A stretch of DNA of 64,000 nt. It comes from Alphaproteobacteria bacterium (GTDB lineage Bacteria > Pseudomonadota > Alphaproteobacteria > JAJTHO01 > CANGYM01). Below the pieces are notes generated by a model. That model saw nothing but the letters and a program-made list of their open reading frames with translations. It made no database searches and was not told where the DNA came from. The stretch is from assembly GCA_044372405.1 (NCBI GenBank), contig JBILRW010000001.1, forward strand, positions 19,260 to 83,259, in the 5' to 3' direction. A program made the position numbers and the translations under genes. Of this stretch, positions 17,047-25,628 are shown piece by piece (positions within the stretch are counted from its first letter, which is position 1; every line of letters begins with the position of its first letter).

Positions 17047-19980
17047 TTGTCCCTTTCGTCAAAAAATAATGTGATTATGACGCAGCCTTCTTCCCTTGCC
17101 TTTTTGTCCAATGCCAATCCGGCGTTTTTGCAGTCGCTGTATGAAAATTATGCGAAAAATCCGGATTCTGTGGATGCGTCGTGGCGCGCGCTGTTTGATG
17201 ATTTGCGGGATGAAGTCGCCGCCAACAACAATCTCTCACCATCCTGGGGTAGCAAACTGACCCTGAAAGATGACGATCTGGACGTCCCCGGCCCCGTCAC
17301 TGCGAAAAAAGACAATAAAGACAAAGGCGCCCCCGCAGATAAAAATGCCCCCATCTTGCCCGCCGATGCCGTGGCGCGTGCGGACGCTGAGGCCATGGTG
17401 CACGATTCCATCCGCGCCCTGATGTTGATTCGGGCCTACCGGGCGTGCGGGCACTTTTTGGCCAAGCTGGATCCCCTGGGGCTGACCGAAACCGCCAACC
17501 ATCCTGAGCTGGACTATCGGACCTATGGCTTTTCTGAGGCCGACTTGGACCGCACTATCTATATAGACAATGTGCTGGGTCTGACCAAACCCACCCTGCG
17601 CCAGATTTTATCGGTGTTGCAGCAAAGTTACAGCGGCACCATTGGCTTTGAATTTATGCACGTTCAGGATCCAGCGGCGAAATCGTGGTTGCAGGAACGG
17701 ATTGAGGGCACGCGTCCCCAAAATCTGTTTTCGGCTGAGGAGAAAAAAGAGATTTTGCGCGACCTGACCCGCGCCGAAGGCTTTGAGAAATACCTGCACT
17801 TAAAATACACGGGCACGAAACGTTTCGGCCTGGACGGGGGCGAAAGTGTCATTGCGGCGCTGGAGGCGTGTCTTAAAGCCTCGGCCAAACTGGGCACAAA
17901 AGAGGTTGTGTTGGGTATGGCACACCGCGGCCGTCTGAACGTGCTGGCCAACATCATGGATAAACCCATGGTGAAGATTTTTTCGGAATTTCAGGGCAAT
18001 GCTGCCCATCCCGATGATGTTCAGGGTTCGGGGGATGTGAAATATCACCTGGGAACCTCCGTGGATCGCCAAATTGCGGGGCAGACGGTCCATTTATCCC
18101 TGACCGCCAACCCGTCCCACCTGGAGGCCGTGAATCCCGTGGTGGTCGGCAAAGTCCGGGCCAAGCAAGCCCTGCGTGGTGATAAAGAGCGCAAGCAAGT
18201 CCTGGCCATTTTGCTGCACGGCGATGCGGCGTTTGCGGGTCAGGGATTGGTGCCCGAAACCATTGGATTGTCCGAGCTCAAAGGCTATCGCACCGGCGGG
18301 ACCATGCATTTTATTGTGAACAATCAGATTGGGTTTACGACCTCGCCCAGCTATGCGCGCTCGACCCCCTATTCCACCGATGTGGCGCAAATGGTGAAAA
18401 GCCCCATTTTCCACGTCAACGGCGATGACCCAGAGGCCGTGGTGTGGGTGTCCCAGCTGGCCGAAGAATTCCGCCAGACTTTCGCCAAAGATGTCGTGGT
18501 GGATGTCCTGTGTTACCGGCGTTTTGGGCACAACGAAAGCGACGAGCCCGCCTTTACCCAGCCCAAAATGTACAACAAAATTGCCAAACAGCCCTCAACG
18601 CGCACCCTGTACGCGGAACAACTCATCGCGCAGGGCGTTTTGAATCAGGCCGAAGCTGATGGCATGACAGCCGCCTATAACGCCCAGATGGACGCGGCCT
18701 TTGATCAAAGCAAAACCTTTAAAACCAGCAAAGCCGATTGGCTGGAAGGCGCCTGGTCCGGCATGGATACCGCCAAAGACGAAGAAGACCGCAAGGGCAA
18801 CACCGATGTATCGTTGGATGTTTTAAAGCAGGTAGGCAAAGCCCTGGCTTCTGTCCCTGCCACCTTTGACCTAAACCCCAAAATCAAACGCCAGCTGCAG
18901 GCCAAAGCCGCCATGTTTGAGAGCGGCGAGGGCTTTGACTGGGCGACCGCCGAGGCTCTGGCGTTTGGCACGCTGTTGCTGGAGGGATACAACGTCCGTT
19001 TGTCCGGGCAAGATTGTGGGCGCGGCACGTTTTCCCAGCGTCATGCCGTGTTGCATGATCAAACCAATGAAGACCGCTATCTGCCCCTGAATGGTATCCG
19101 AGAGGGCCAGGTCCAGGCGGAAATTATTGACAGCCCGCTGGCGGAGGCCTCTGTTCTGGGCTTTGACTACGGCTACTCCCTGGCGGACCCCAAAACGCTG
19201 GTCCTTTGGGAGGCGCAATTTGGCGATTTCGTCAACGGTGCCCAGGTGATTATTGATCAGTTTATTTCGTCTGCCGAATCCAAATGGCTGCGGATGTGCG
19301 GCCTGGTCATGCTGCTGCCCCATGGGTTTGAGGGGCAAGGGCCCGAGCATTCTTCGGCCCGGCTGGAGCGTTTTCTTCAGGCCTGCGCCGAGGACAACAT
19401 GCAGGTGGCCAATTGCAGCACGCCTGCCAACTATTTCCATATCCTGCGCCGTCAGATGCGCCGGAATTTCCGGAAGCCGTTGATTATCATGACACCCAAG
19501 TCGCTGCTGCGGCATAAATTGTGTGTCTCCAGCTTGGCGGACATGGGGCCAAACACGTCCTTTCACCGCGTGTTGCCGGAAACAGATAAGGGGTTGGTCC
19601 CCGATGCGAAAATCCGCCGTGTGGTCCTGTGCAGTGGCAAGGTGTATTATGATTTGTATGAGGCCCGCGCCGCCCAAAAAATCAATGATGTGGCCATTGT
19701 GCGTGTGGAGCAGTTTTATCCCTTCCCCCACAACAGTCTGAAAACGACCCTAACCCGTTATCCAAACGCTGAGGTTATTTGGTGCCAGGAAGAGCCCGAA
19801 AACATGGGCGCCTGGACGTTCCTGGATCGCCGGATTGAGGGGGTTTTGACGGACCTCAATCACAAAACAAAACGCCCCCGCTATGTGGGTCGCCCGGCGG
19901 CGGCGTCCCCGGCGGTGGGCACCATTACCCAACACAATCAACAGCAACAGGCGCTGGTGGCGGAGGCTTTGGGGAAGTGA
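17047..19980 (+). CDS. sucA: 2-oxoglutarate dehydrogenase E1 component
   Basis: 977 aa with a typical SucA N-terminus (...FLQSLYENYAKNPDSVDASWRALF) and ThDP-binding regions. The start may be the internal ATG at 17077. Confidence 0.9.
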   Translation: MSLSSKNNVIMTQPSSLAFLSNANPAFLQSLYENYAKNPDSVDASWRALFDDLRDEVAANNNLSPSWGSKLTLKDDDLDVPGPVTAKKDNKDKGAPADKNAPILPADAVARADAEAMVHDSIRALMLIRAYRACGHFLAKLDPLGLTETANHPELDYRTYGFSEADLDRTIYIDNVLGLTKPTLRQILSVLQQSYSGTIGFEFMHVQDPAAKSWLQERIEGTRPQNLFSAEEKKEILRDLTRAEGFEKYLHLKYTGTKRFGLDGGESVIAALEACLKASAKLGTKEVVLGMAHRGRLNVLANIMDKPMVKIFSEFQGNAAHPDDVQGSGDVKYHLGTSVDRQIAGQTVHLSLTANPSHLEAVNPVVVGKVRAKQALRGDKERKQVLAILLHGDAAFAGQGLVPETIGLSELKGYRTGGTMHFIVNNQIGFTTSPSYARSTPYSTDVAQMVKSPIFHVNGDDPEAVVWVSQLAEEFRQTFAKDVVVDVLCYRRFGHNESDEPAFTQPKMYNKIAKQPSTRTLYAEQLIAQGVLNQAEADGMTAAYNAQMDAAFDQSKTFKTSKADWLEGAWSGMDTAKDEEDRKGNTDVSLDVLKQVGKALASVPATFDLNPKIKRQLQAKAAMFESGEGFDWATAEALAFGTLLLEGYNVRLSGQDCGRGTFSQRHAVLHDQTNEDRYLPLNGIREGQVQAEIIDSPLAEASVLGFDYGYSLADPKTLVLWEAQFGDFVNGAQVIIDQFISSAESKWLRMCGLVMLLPHGFEGQGPEHSSARLERFLQACAEDNMQVANCSTPANYFHILRRQMRRNFRKPLIIMTPKSLLRHKLCVSSLADMGPNTSFHRVLPETDKGLVPDAKIRRVVLCSGKVYYDLYEARAAQKINDVAIVRVEQFYPFPHNSLKTTLTRYPNAEVIWCQEEPENMGAWTFLDRRIEGVLTDLNHKTKRPRYVGRPAAASPAVGTITQHNQQQQALVAEALGK

Positions 19981-20621
19981 TAACTGTATTTTTATACATT
20001 GTTGTCATTTTTTTTGGAATATGGTCATTTTTGCTTTACAGAAAAGCACCTCTCACTAAAGAGCTGAGACGACGAAAAATCATCATCGCTCTGTTTTTGA
20101 TAGGTGTATTTTTGGTTTCTACGTTTATATACTTTGTAAGTATTGACCCTGTTCCTAAGAGAACCGAAGAGCAGGAAAAAAAACTTCAGGAAGAATGGAA
20201 GCAATATCTTCAAAAAGTTGAAACAATACGCCGTCAAAAAGAGGCCGCCGTTGAAAAAGACGGTATCGAAAAGAACTTTCTTGCTGCCGTAGACCTCAAA
20301 GAAAAACCTTGGATCAGTGTTTTTGTTTGGGAAGATGTGGCTGTTTTATATCCCAAAACTGTTTTTGATAAGAACTGTGTGTTTCAAGTTTTTTATAACA
20401 AAAATGAATTTGTATGGGACTCCAGCGGTGTTTACACGTCAAACGAACATCCTGAGAAAAAGATAGAATGGGGAAAATTTGTTGAAATCGAAACCTATCC
20501 CTCTAAAGCCTTCGATCTTCTTAAAAAGGACATCCATCATCTAAATCTACGTGTAAAAGGCTTGCCCCTCTGTGTTGAGGAAATAGATTACATTAAAATA
20601 GAAACTCGTTCATCAAAATGA
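19977..20621 (+). CDS. Hypothetical membrane protein (two N-terminal TM helices). It has a GTG start overlapping the sucA stop and no internal Met
   Basis: A 214-codon open frame in AT-rich DNA. GTGA overlaps sucA and ATGA overlaps the next gene. Confidence 0.45.
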   Translation: MITVFLYIVVIFFGIWSFLLYRKAPLTKELRRRKIIIALFLIGVFLVSTFIYFVSIDPVPKRTEEQEKKLQEEWKQYLQKVETIRRQKEAAVEKDGIEKNFLAAVDLKEKPWISVFVWEDVAVLYPKTVFDKNCVFQVFYNKNEFVWDSSGVYTSNEHPEKKIEWGKFVEIETYPSKAFDLLKKDIHHLNLRVKGLPLCVEEIDYIKIETRSSK

Positions 20622-21028
20622 AAGCCCATCTTCCCCTTCGTTGGCAGCAGCAGTTATCGTCCTTTGAGCAGGCTTACCAAGCCTTTTTGCGTCGCTTTCA
20701 GGGTTATGGGGAAATGCCAAACGATGAGGCGCAACAAATGGCCCTGGTTCAGGCCTTTGAGGTTGTGTTTGAAACCGCGTGGAAAACCCTGAAATCCCGA
20801 TTGGAACATGAGGGCTTCACCGATGTGGCCACCCCGCGCCGGGCCCTGCGCCAGGCGTTTCAACTGGGGTGGATCACGGGAGGAGCAATCTGGCTGCGCG
20901 CCCTGGAATACCGGAATCTTTCGGTTCATACCTATCATCAGGATGTTCTGGATCAACTGACCGCCTTCATCAGCCAGGAATTTTCCCCTGTTTTGCAGGG
21001 TTTTCATGACCATTTTCCGCGCTCATGA
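20618..21028 (+). CDS. HEPN-domain protein, HI0074 family (nucleotidyltransferase substrate-binding protein)
   Basis: ...FEVVFETAWKTLKSRLEHEGFTDVATPRRALRQAFQLGWITGGAIWLRALEYRNLSVHTYHQD... closely parallels the HI0074 family, including the R-x4-H HEPN motif (RNLSVH). Confidence 0.75.
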   Translation: MKAHLPLRWQQQLSSFEQAYQAFLRRFQGYGEMPNDEAQQMALVQAFEVVFETAWKTLKSRLEHEGFTDVATPRRALRQAFQLGWITGGAIWLRALEYRNLSVHTYHQDVLDQLTAFISQEFSPVLQGFHDHFPRS

Positions 21029-21276
21029 TAAATCAGCCTTACCCTTATGGCCTGTCCTCCGATGCACGAAAACAATGGTTTGCCCTGCTTGAGCAGGTTC
21101 AGGACGAGCCTTGCTTGATTAAGGGTAAAAGCCCTCACCACGCCGTCCTGGTTTCCCAAGACGATTGGGAATCCATCCAAGAAACCCTTTACCTGCTCTC
21201 CATTCCCGGTATGAGGGATTCTTTGATTCAGGGCCGGGAGATACCGCTTTCTTTGTGTGTAGAGCTGAAACCATGA
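21025..21276 (+). CDS. Phd/YefM-family antitoxin
   Basis: 83 aa with ...HAVLVSQDDWESIQETLYLLSIPGMRDSLIQGRE.... It overlaps the HEPN gene by ATGA. Confidence 0.7.
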   Translation: MINQPYPYGLSSDARKQWFALLEQVQDEPCLIKGKSPHHAVLVSQDDWESIQETLYLLSIPGMRDSLIQGREIPLSLCVELKP

Positions 21277-21338
21277 CGTGGCGGATTGTTTTGACCAAAG
21301 ATGCCGAAAAAATCCAAAAGTCCCGTGTTTATTTATGA
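21273..21338 (+). pseudogene. Truncated RelE/ParE-like toxin remnant (21 codons)
   Basis: MTWRIVLTKDAEKIQKSRVYL* resembles the RelE/ParE N-terminus (M.W.I.FT..A.KDL.KL). Its ATGA overlaps the Phd stop. The rest is lost or frameshifted. Confidence 0.5.
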
Positions 21339-21368
21339 TTATTTTTCCATCCAACTTATGGCGAAACT

Positions 21369-21779
21369 CTATTCGTGTTCTTGTTCCCGTGAGGTGGCGT
21401 AAATCCCTACACATATTTCAATGCCGAACTGTCCCGCACGTTCAACAAGCTTTGAAGGCAAGCACAGAAAAAACGCGACCGTATCCTCGTACCACCAGCC
21501 ACCGAACCGCAACTCTATTTCTTGAACACCGGGAAAACACCGTAATCGACGAAGTTCCTCCTCTTGTTCTTCCAAAAAAATGATTGCCCTTTCGATTTGA
21601 ACTGTAATCGTGTCTTCATCGTCGGATATATCCAAGTGCAAACCCTGGATTGGCTTTTCTTGTCCAGGACAGTTTTTGTTGTAAAAAGTCGATGCATATT
21701 TACGCCATACAAAAGATGTTTTCAAAAAAGATTCAACGTCAAAACTTTCTCCGGAAACAGATAAAAAACAACCAGCCAT
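21369..21779 (-). CDS. DUF4279-like hypothetical protein
   Basis: AT-rich, and convergent on the toxin-antitoxin remnant. The pattern FLSVSGESFDVESFLKTS...IELRFGGWWYEDTVAFFLCL...ICVGIY resembles DUF4279. Confidence 0.45.
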   Translation of the reverse strand: MAGCFLSVSGESFDVESFLKTSFVWRKYASTFYNKNCPGQEKPIQGLHLDISDDEDTITVQIERAIIFLEEQEEELRRLRCFPGVQEIELRFGGWWYEDTVAFFLCLPSKLVERAGQFGIEICVGIYATSREQEHE

Positions 21780-21863
21780 AATTTTAATTCCATAGTTTTT
21801 TATTATATGACTTACGCAAATGAACCACAAGTTATTAAAAAAATGGATAAACCATTTATGCCC

Positions 21864-22736
21864 TCACACCGGATCCTGATGCACCATAACATCGGCGTGG
21901 GGATACAGGGTTTCCAGTTTGTTTTCCAGGCTATCTGCAATGGCGTGGGCCTGAAACAGGGTTTGGTGACCGTTCAGGTCCAGGTGAACCTGAATAAAAA
22001 TTTTACTGCCAGAGGCCCGGGTTTGCAGGCGGTGATACCCCTGAACCCCCGGGTGGTTTTGGATGATGTGAATGATTTCAGCCTCTTCATGGGGGGGCAG
22101 GGCGTGGTCCATCAGGCGGTGATAGGCGGGTTTGACGACGTGCGTGATGACGTGCCATAACACATACAGCGCAATCCCAATCCCCAGCAGCCCATCAACG
22201 GCCACCCATCCCGTAACGGATGCGACGAGAATAGCGGCAATCACCCCGGCATTAGTCAAAACATCACTAAGATAATGCGCATGATCCGCCCGCAAAATGA
22301 CAGACCGCGTGCGTTTCATCATGATTTTCTGATAAAGGATCAGGCTGAGGGTCATAACAATGGACACCCCCATAACAGCCAGCGCCCACCCATCGTTTTG
22401 TAGTGGCGTGGGGCGAATCAGCTGTTCCATCCCCTGAAAAAGAACAAAAACCGCAATCCCACTGATGAAGGCCCCTTGCAACAGGCCCATAATGTCCTCA
22501 ATACTATGGTGTCCAAAACGATGGTCGTCGTCGGCGGGCTTGGCCGCATACCCCGCCGCCAGGGCATTGCCCAGGGACATCAGCGCATCCATCAACGAAT
22601 CCAGCATGGACGCAAACACACTGACGGACCCCGACACGCTCCAGGCGGTAATTTTCAGGGCGACCAAGCTTAACGCCATGGCCATGGCCACCAAACTGGT
22701 ACGCCGGGCGATATGGCTGTGTTCACAAGACTTCAT
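21864..22736 (-). CDS. Cation diffusion facilitator family transporter
   Basis: TM domain with conserved HxxxD-type metal sites, and a C-terminal cytoplasmic domain. Confidence 0.8.
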   Translation of the reverse strand: MKSCEHSHIARRTSLVAMAMALSLVALKITAWSVSGSVSVFASMLDSLMDALMSLGNALAAGYAAKPADDDHRFGHHSIEDIMGLLQGAFISGIAVFVLFQGMEQLIRPTPLQNDGWALAVMGVSIVMTLSLILYQKIMMKRTRSVILRADHAHYLSDVLTNAGVIAAILVASVTGWVAVDGLLGIGIALYVLWHVITHVVKPAYHRLMDHALPPHEEAEIIHIIQNHPGVQGYHRLQTRASGSKIFIQVHLDLNGHQTLFQAHAIADSLENKLETLYPHADVMVHQDPV

Positions 22737-23266
22737 AAAATCTCATAATACAAATGCGTGGCAAAAATCGTTTTTACGCACCCGCGATGCGCAAGGGCAG
22801 GGTCTTTGACAGGGGGCAGGGATGCCTTGCGTCGCAAAAGGTTCTGTTTCGACCACAGGCTGTCGGGAATAGTATTTTTGACGTTCAGCGCGTGGTTGAG
22901 GCTTTGGCAAACATCAGCCGGCAAGCCATCCAGAAAAAAAACAATCCGTCCGTCGGCCCATCCCATTTGCCAGGCCAGGGGTGGAATCTTCGGAAAAACG
23001 GGGGGCACCAGAGGCCACAGATCCTTATAAATTTGGGACAGGCTGGTGGGTTTCTGGCCCTCCCACGACAAATCTTCCCGGGTAATGCCCAGAACTGCAG
23101 TGCGGGAGGCCATTTTGGTTAAGGCACTGGATTGCTGGATAATGACACTTTCCCCAGACGGCGCGGGCAGTGCCTTGGGTTTTTGCAACCACCAGGCCAC
23201 CAGGCCCAGCCCCACAATCCCCGTCAGAACAATCGCCACGATAATAAGTTTGGAGAGCCTACGCAT
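22733..23266 (-). CDS. Hypothetical membrane-anchored protein
   Basis: N-terminal TM helix. It overlaps metF upstream by 8 nt and the CDF transporter downstream by 4 nt. Confidence 0.5.
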   Translation of the reverse strand: MRRLSKLIIVAIVLTGIVGLGLVAWWLQKPKALPAPSGESVIIQQSSALTKMASRTAVLGITREDLSWEGQKPTSLSQIYKDLWPLVPPVFPKIPPLAWQMGWADGRIVFFLDGLPADVCQSLNHALNVKNTIPDSLWSKQNLLRRKASLPPVKDPALAHRGCVKTIFATHLYYEIL

Positions 23267-24110
23267 CCGGCATCCCCCGCAGCGCCTGAACAGCTGCCCG
23301 CACCAGGGGCCAGCGATTCAGCGTGTAAAAATGAAAATCCCGAACACCGCGACGATATAATGTCTCGCATTGCGCAATCAACAGATGGGCGGCCAGGTGG
23401 TGCGTGGCGGGGTCTTCATCAAAGCCCGAAAATCGGCGCTGGGCCCAGTCGGGAACAGAGGTACCACAAAAGGCGGCAAAGGCCTTGGCCTGGGGAAAGC
23501 TGTGCATGGCCAGTAACCCGGGGACAATGGGAATCGTGACGCCTGCCCTTTGGGCGCGTTCCACAAAACGGCTATACACATCGACATCAAAGAAAAATTG
23601 CGTAATGGCCCGGGTGGCCCCGATATCCTGCTTGCGCTTTAAAAGATCAATGTCCTGATCCAAAGAGACAGACTCCGGATGTTTTTCCGGATAGGCGGAA
23701 ACGTTCATGGTAAACGGGTGACGCGCCAACAATCCCGTCATTAAATCCGTGGCGTAGGTATAGCCCTCTGGATGAGGCTGATAAGCCATGCCTCTTTCAG
23801 GCATATCCCCCCGTAGCGCCACGAGAGCACGAACACCGTGCTGCCAATAATCCTCGGCAATGGCATGAATATCGTCCTTAGCAAGGCCCACACAGGTCAA
23901 ATGCGGCGTGACGTTTTTGGCCCCTTTTTTGATCATTTCCAGTACAATATCCCGGGTTTTTTCCCGGGTGCTGCCGCCTGCGCCAAAGGTTACGGACACA
24001 AAATCGGGGGACAGGGGCAACAGATGATCCACGGCGTCCCATAGCTGGTCCGTTTGCGCCTCAGTTTTGGGGGGGAAAAATTCAAAAGAATATCGTAAAA
24101 ACGCTGGCAT
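23259..24110 (-). CDS. metF: 5,10-methylenetetrahydrofolate reductase
   Basis: SFEFFPPKT...VTFGAGGSTR.... The start is taken at ATG 24110, since the ORF's first codon is TTG. Confidence 0.85.
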   Translation of the reverse strand: MPAFLRYSFEFFPPKTEAQTDQLWDAVDHLLPLSPDFVSVTFGAGGSTREKTRDIVLEMIKKGAKNVTPHLTCVGLAKDDIHAIAEDYWQHGVRALVALRGDMPERGMAYQPHPEGYTYATDLMTGLLARHPFTMNVSAYPEKHPESVSLDQDIDLLKRKQDIGATRAITQFFFDVDVYSRFVERAQRAGVTIPIVPGLLAMHSFPQAKAFAAFCGTSVPDWAQRRFSGFDEDPATHHLAAHLLIAQCETLYRRGVRDFHFYTLNRWPLVRAAVQALRGMPDA

Positions 24111-24180
24111 GATCGCTATCAAAGTGTTAAGAAACAACCTTTAGCACACCCTTTCCCCCGATGCAAAGCTCATCAGTCCT

Positions 24181-24984
24181 ATGAAACGCTTCTTTTTTCT
24201 TTTGTTCTTTTTGGGTTTCTTGGCACCTGCCCGGGCAGAAACGGCCGTTCCTGATGCTGTGCCCGAACCTGTGGTGGCCGATATTTGTCAGGATATGGAC
24301 GCCTTTGACCCGTGGGAGGGCTGGAACCGCAACATTTTTGCCTTTAACCTGTTCATGGATGATTATTTGATTAAGCCCTTGGCGCAGGGCTATGATTTTG
24401 TGCGGCCTGGTTTTATGAAGAATCCCATTGATAATTTTCTTGGGAATTTGAATGAGCCTTTGAATTTTCTTAATAACCTCCTTCAGGGGGAATTTACGCG
24501 GGCCGGGGATTCCTGGGCGCGATTTTTTGTGAATTCAACGTTTGGCCTTCTCGGTATCTTTGACGTGGCTGGCTATGAAAACGTCGAGGAAGCCCCCGAA
24601 GACTTCGGCCAAACCCTGGCTGTTTGGGGTGTTGGCCATGGGGCCTATTTTATCATTCCTTTCTATAAACCCAGCACGGTACGGGATGCCTTTGGGGAAA
24701 TCGTGGTGGATGGATTTCTTTTGGATCCCTGGCGTTATGTCGCCGATAATAACGATGCCATGGCTTGGTATTACGCACGTATGGGCGTTGAAATTTTAGA
24801 GGCCCGCGTGGACAATCTGGAACTTTTCGATAATTTACGAGAAACAGCCGCGGATGATGAAAGTTTCTATGCGTTGATTCGCTCTATCTCTTGCCAAAAA
24901 CGCCAAGCTGAGATAAACAACGGAAGGTTTGAGGCGGATACCTCGGCCTCCTTTGAACAAGATCTTTTGAGTGATCAACCGTAA
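24181..24984 (+). CDS. mlaA: MlaA/VacJ-family lipoprotein
   Basis: A signal peptide and the motif DPWEGWNRNIFAFN. Confidence 0.85.
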   Translation: MKRFFFLLFFLGFLAPARAETAVPDAVPEPVVADICQDMDAFDPWEGWNRNIFAFNLFMDDYLIKPLAQGYDFVRPGFMKNPIDNFLGNLNEPLNFLNNLLQGEFTRAGDSWARFFVNSTFGLLGIFDVAGYENVEEAPEDFGQTLAVWGVGHGAYFIIPFYKPSTVRDAFGEIVVDGFLLDPWRYVADNNDAMAWYYARMGVEILEARVDNLELFDNLRETAADDESFYALIRSISCQKRQAEINNGRFEADTSASFEQDLLSDQP

Positions 24985-25013
24985 CCCCAATTGTTTTTTT
25001 GAGTCGTTGTTCT

Positions 25014-25628
25014 ATGCGTTCTGTTTTTTTTCTTTTTCTTTGTTTGGTGCTTGCGTCTTCGGGGGCTTGGGCAGAAACTTTTGATAAAAAACAAAGCATG
25101 GACTACATTGCTGGGTTGGCCAAAAAGGTGGTGGTGATTGCCAAGGAAGACACGGATAAAAAAATTCAGGATGAAAAGGTTGCAACGTTACTGAATGAAA
25201 ATTTAGCCTATGAACGCATCGCCCGTTTTGTTTTGGGCAAATATTGGCGTACGGCGCGTGAGGAACAAAAAAAAGAGTTTATTGATCTTTACGCAAAATC
25301 CCTTCGTCTGGCCTATTCCCGTCAGGTTTTGTCTGTGGATTTAAAGGATGTGGACGTTTATGACGCTCTCCTTTCGCCTCAGGGTGAGTTGGTGACCGTG
25401 AAAACAAAGGTGGTGGATCCCAATTCTGGGCAGCCTGTGGCCATTGACTGGCGTTTGCTTTCTTTTCCGGAAGGCTATAAAATTGTGGATGTACTCATTG
25501 AGGGCATCAGCGTGGCGTCGTCTCAGCGGTCTGAGTACGCGTCCATCATCCAACGTGGGGGGGGCAACGTCGAGGCTGTTTTGGCTAAGCTACGTCAGGA
25601 TACCCAGGCCGTCCCTGAAAATCAGTGA
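25014..25628 (+). CDS. mlaC: MlaC/Ttg2D phospholipid-binding periplasmic protein
   Basis: A signal peptide, and a toluene-tolerance Ttg2D-like sequence. Confidence 0.75.
   Translation: MRSVFFLFLCLVLASSGAWAETFDKKQSMDYIAGLAKKVVVIAKEDTDKKIQDEKVATLLNENLAYERIARFVLGKYWRTAREEQKKEFIDLYAKSLRLAYSRQVLSVDLKDVDVYDALLSPQGELVTVKTKVVDPNSGQPVAIDWRLLSFPEGYKIVDVLIEGISVASSQRSEYASIIQRGGGNVEAVLAKLRQDTQAVPENQ

Noticed and set aside
18871-19731. 286-aa minus-strand ORF
   Set aside because: It lies entirely antisense within sucA. High-GC antisense frames are commonly open.
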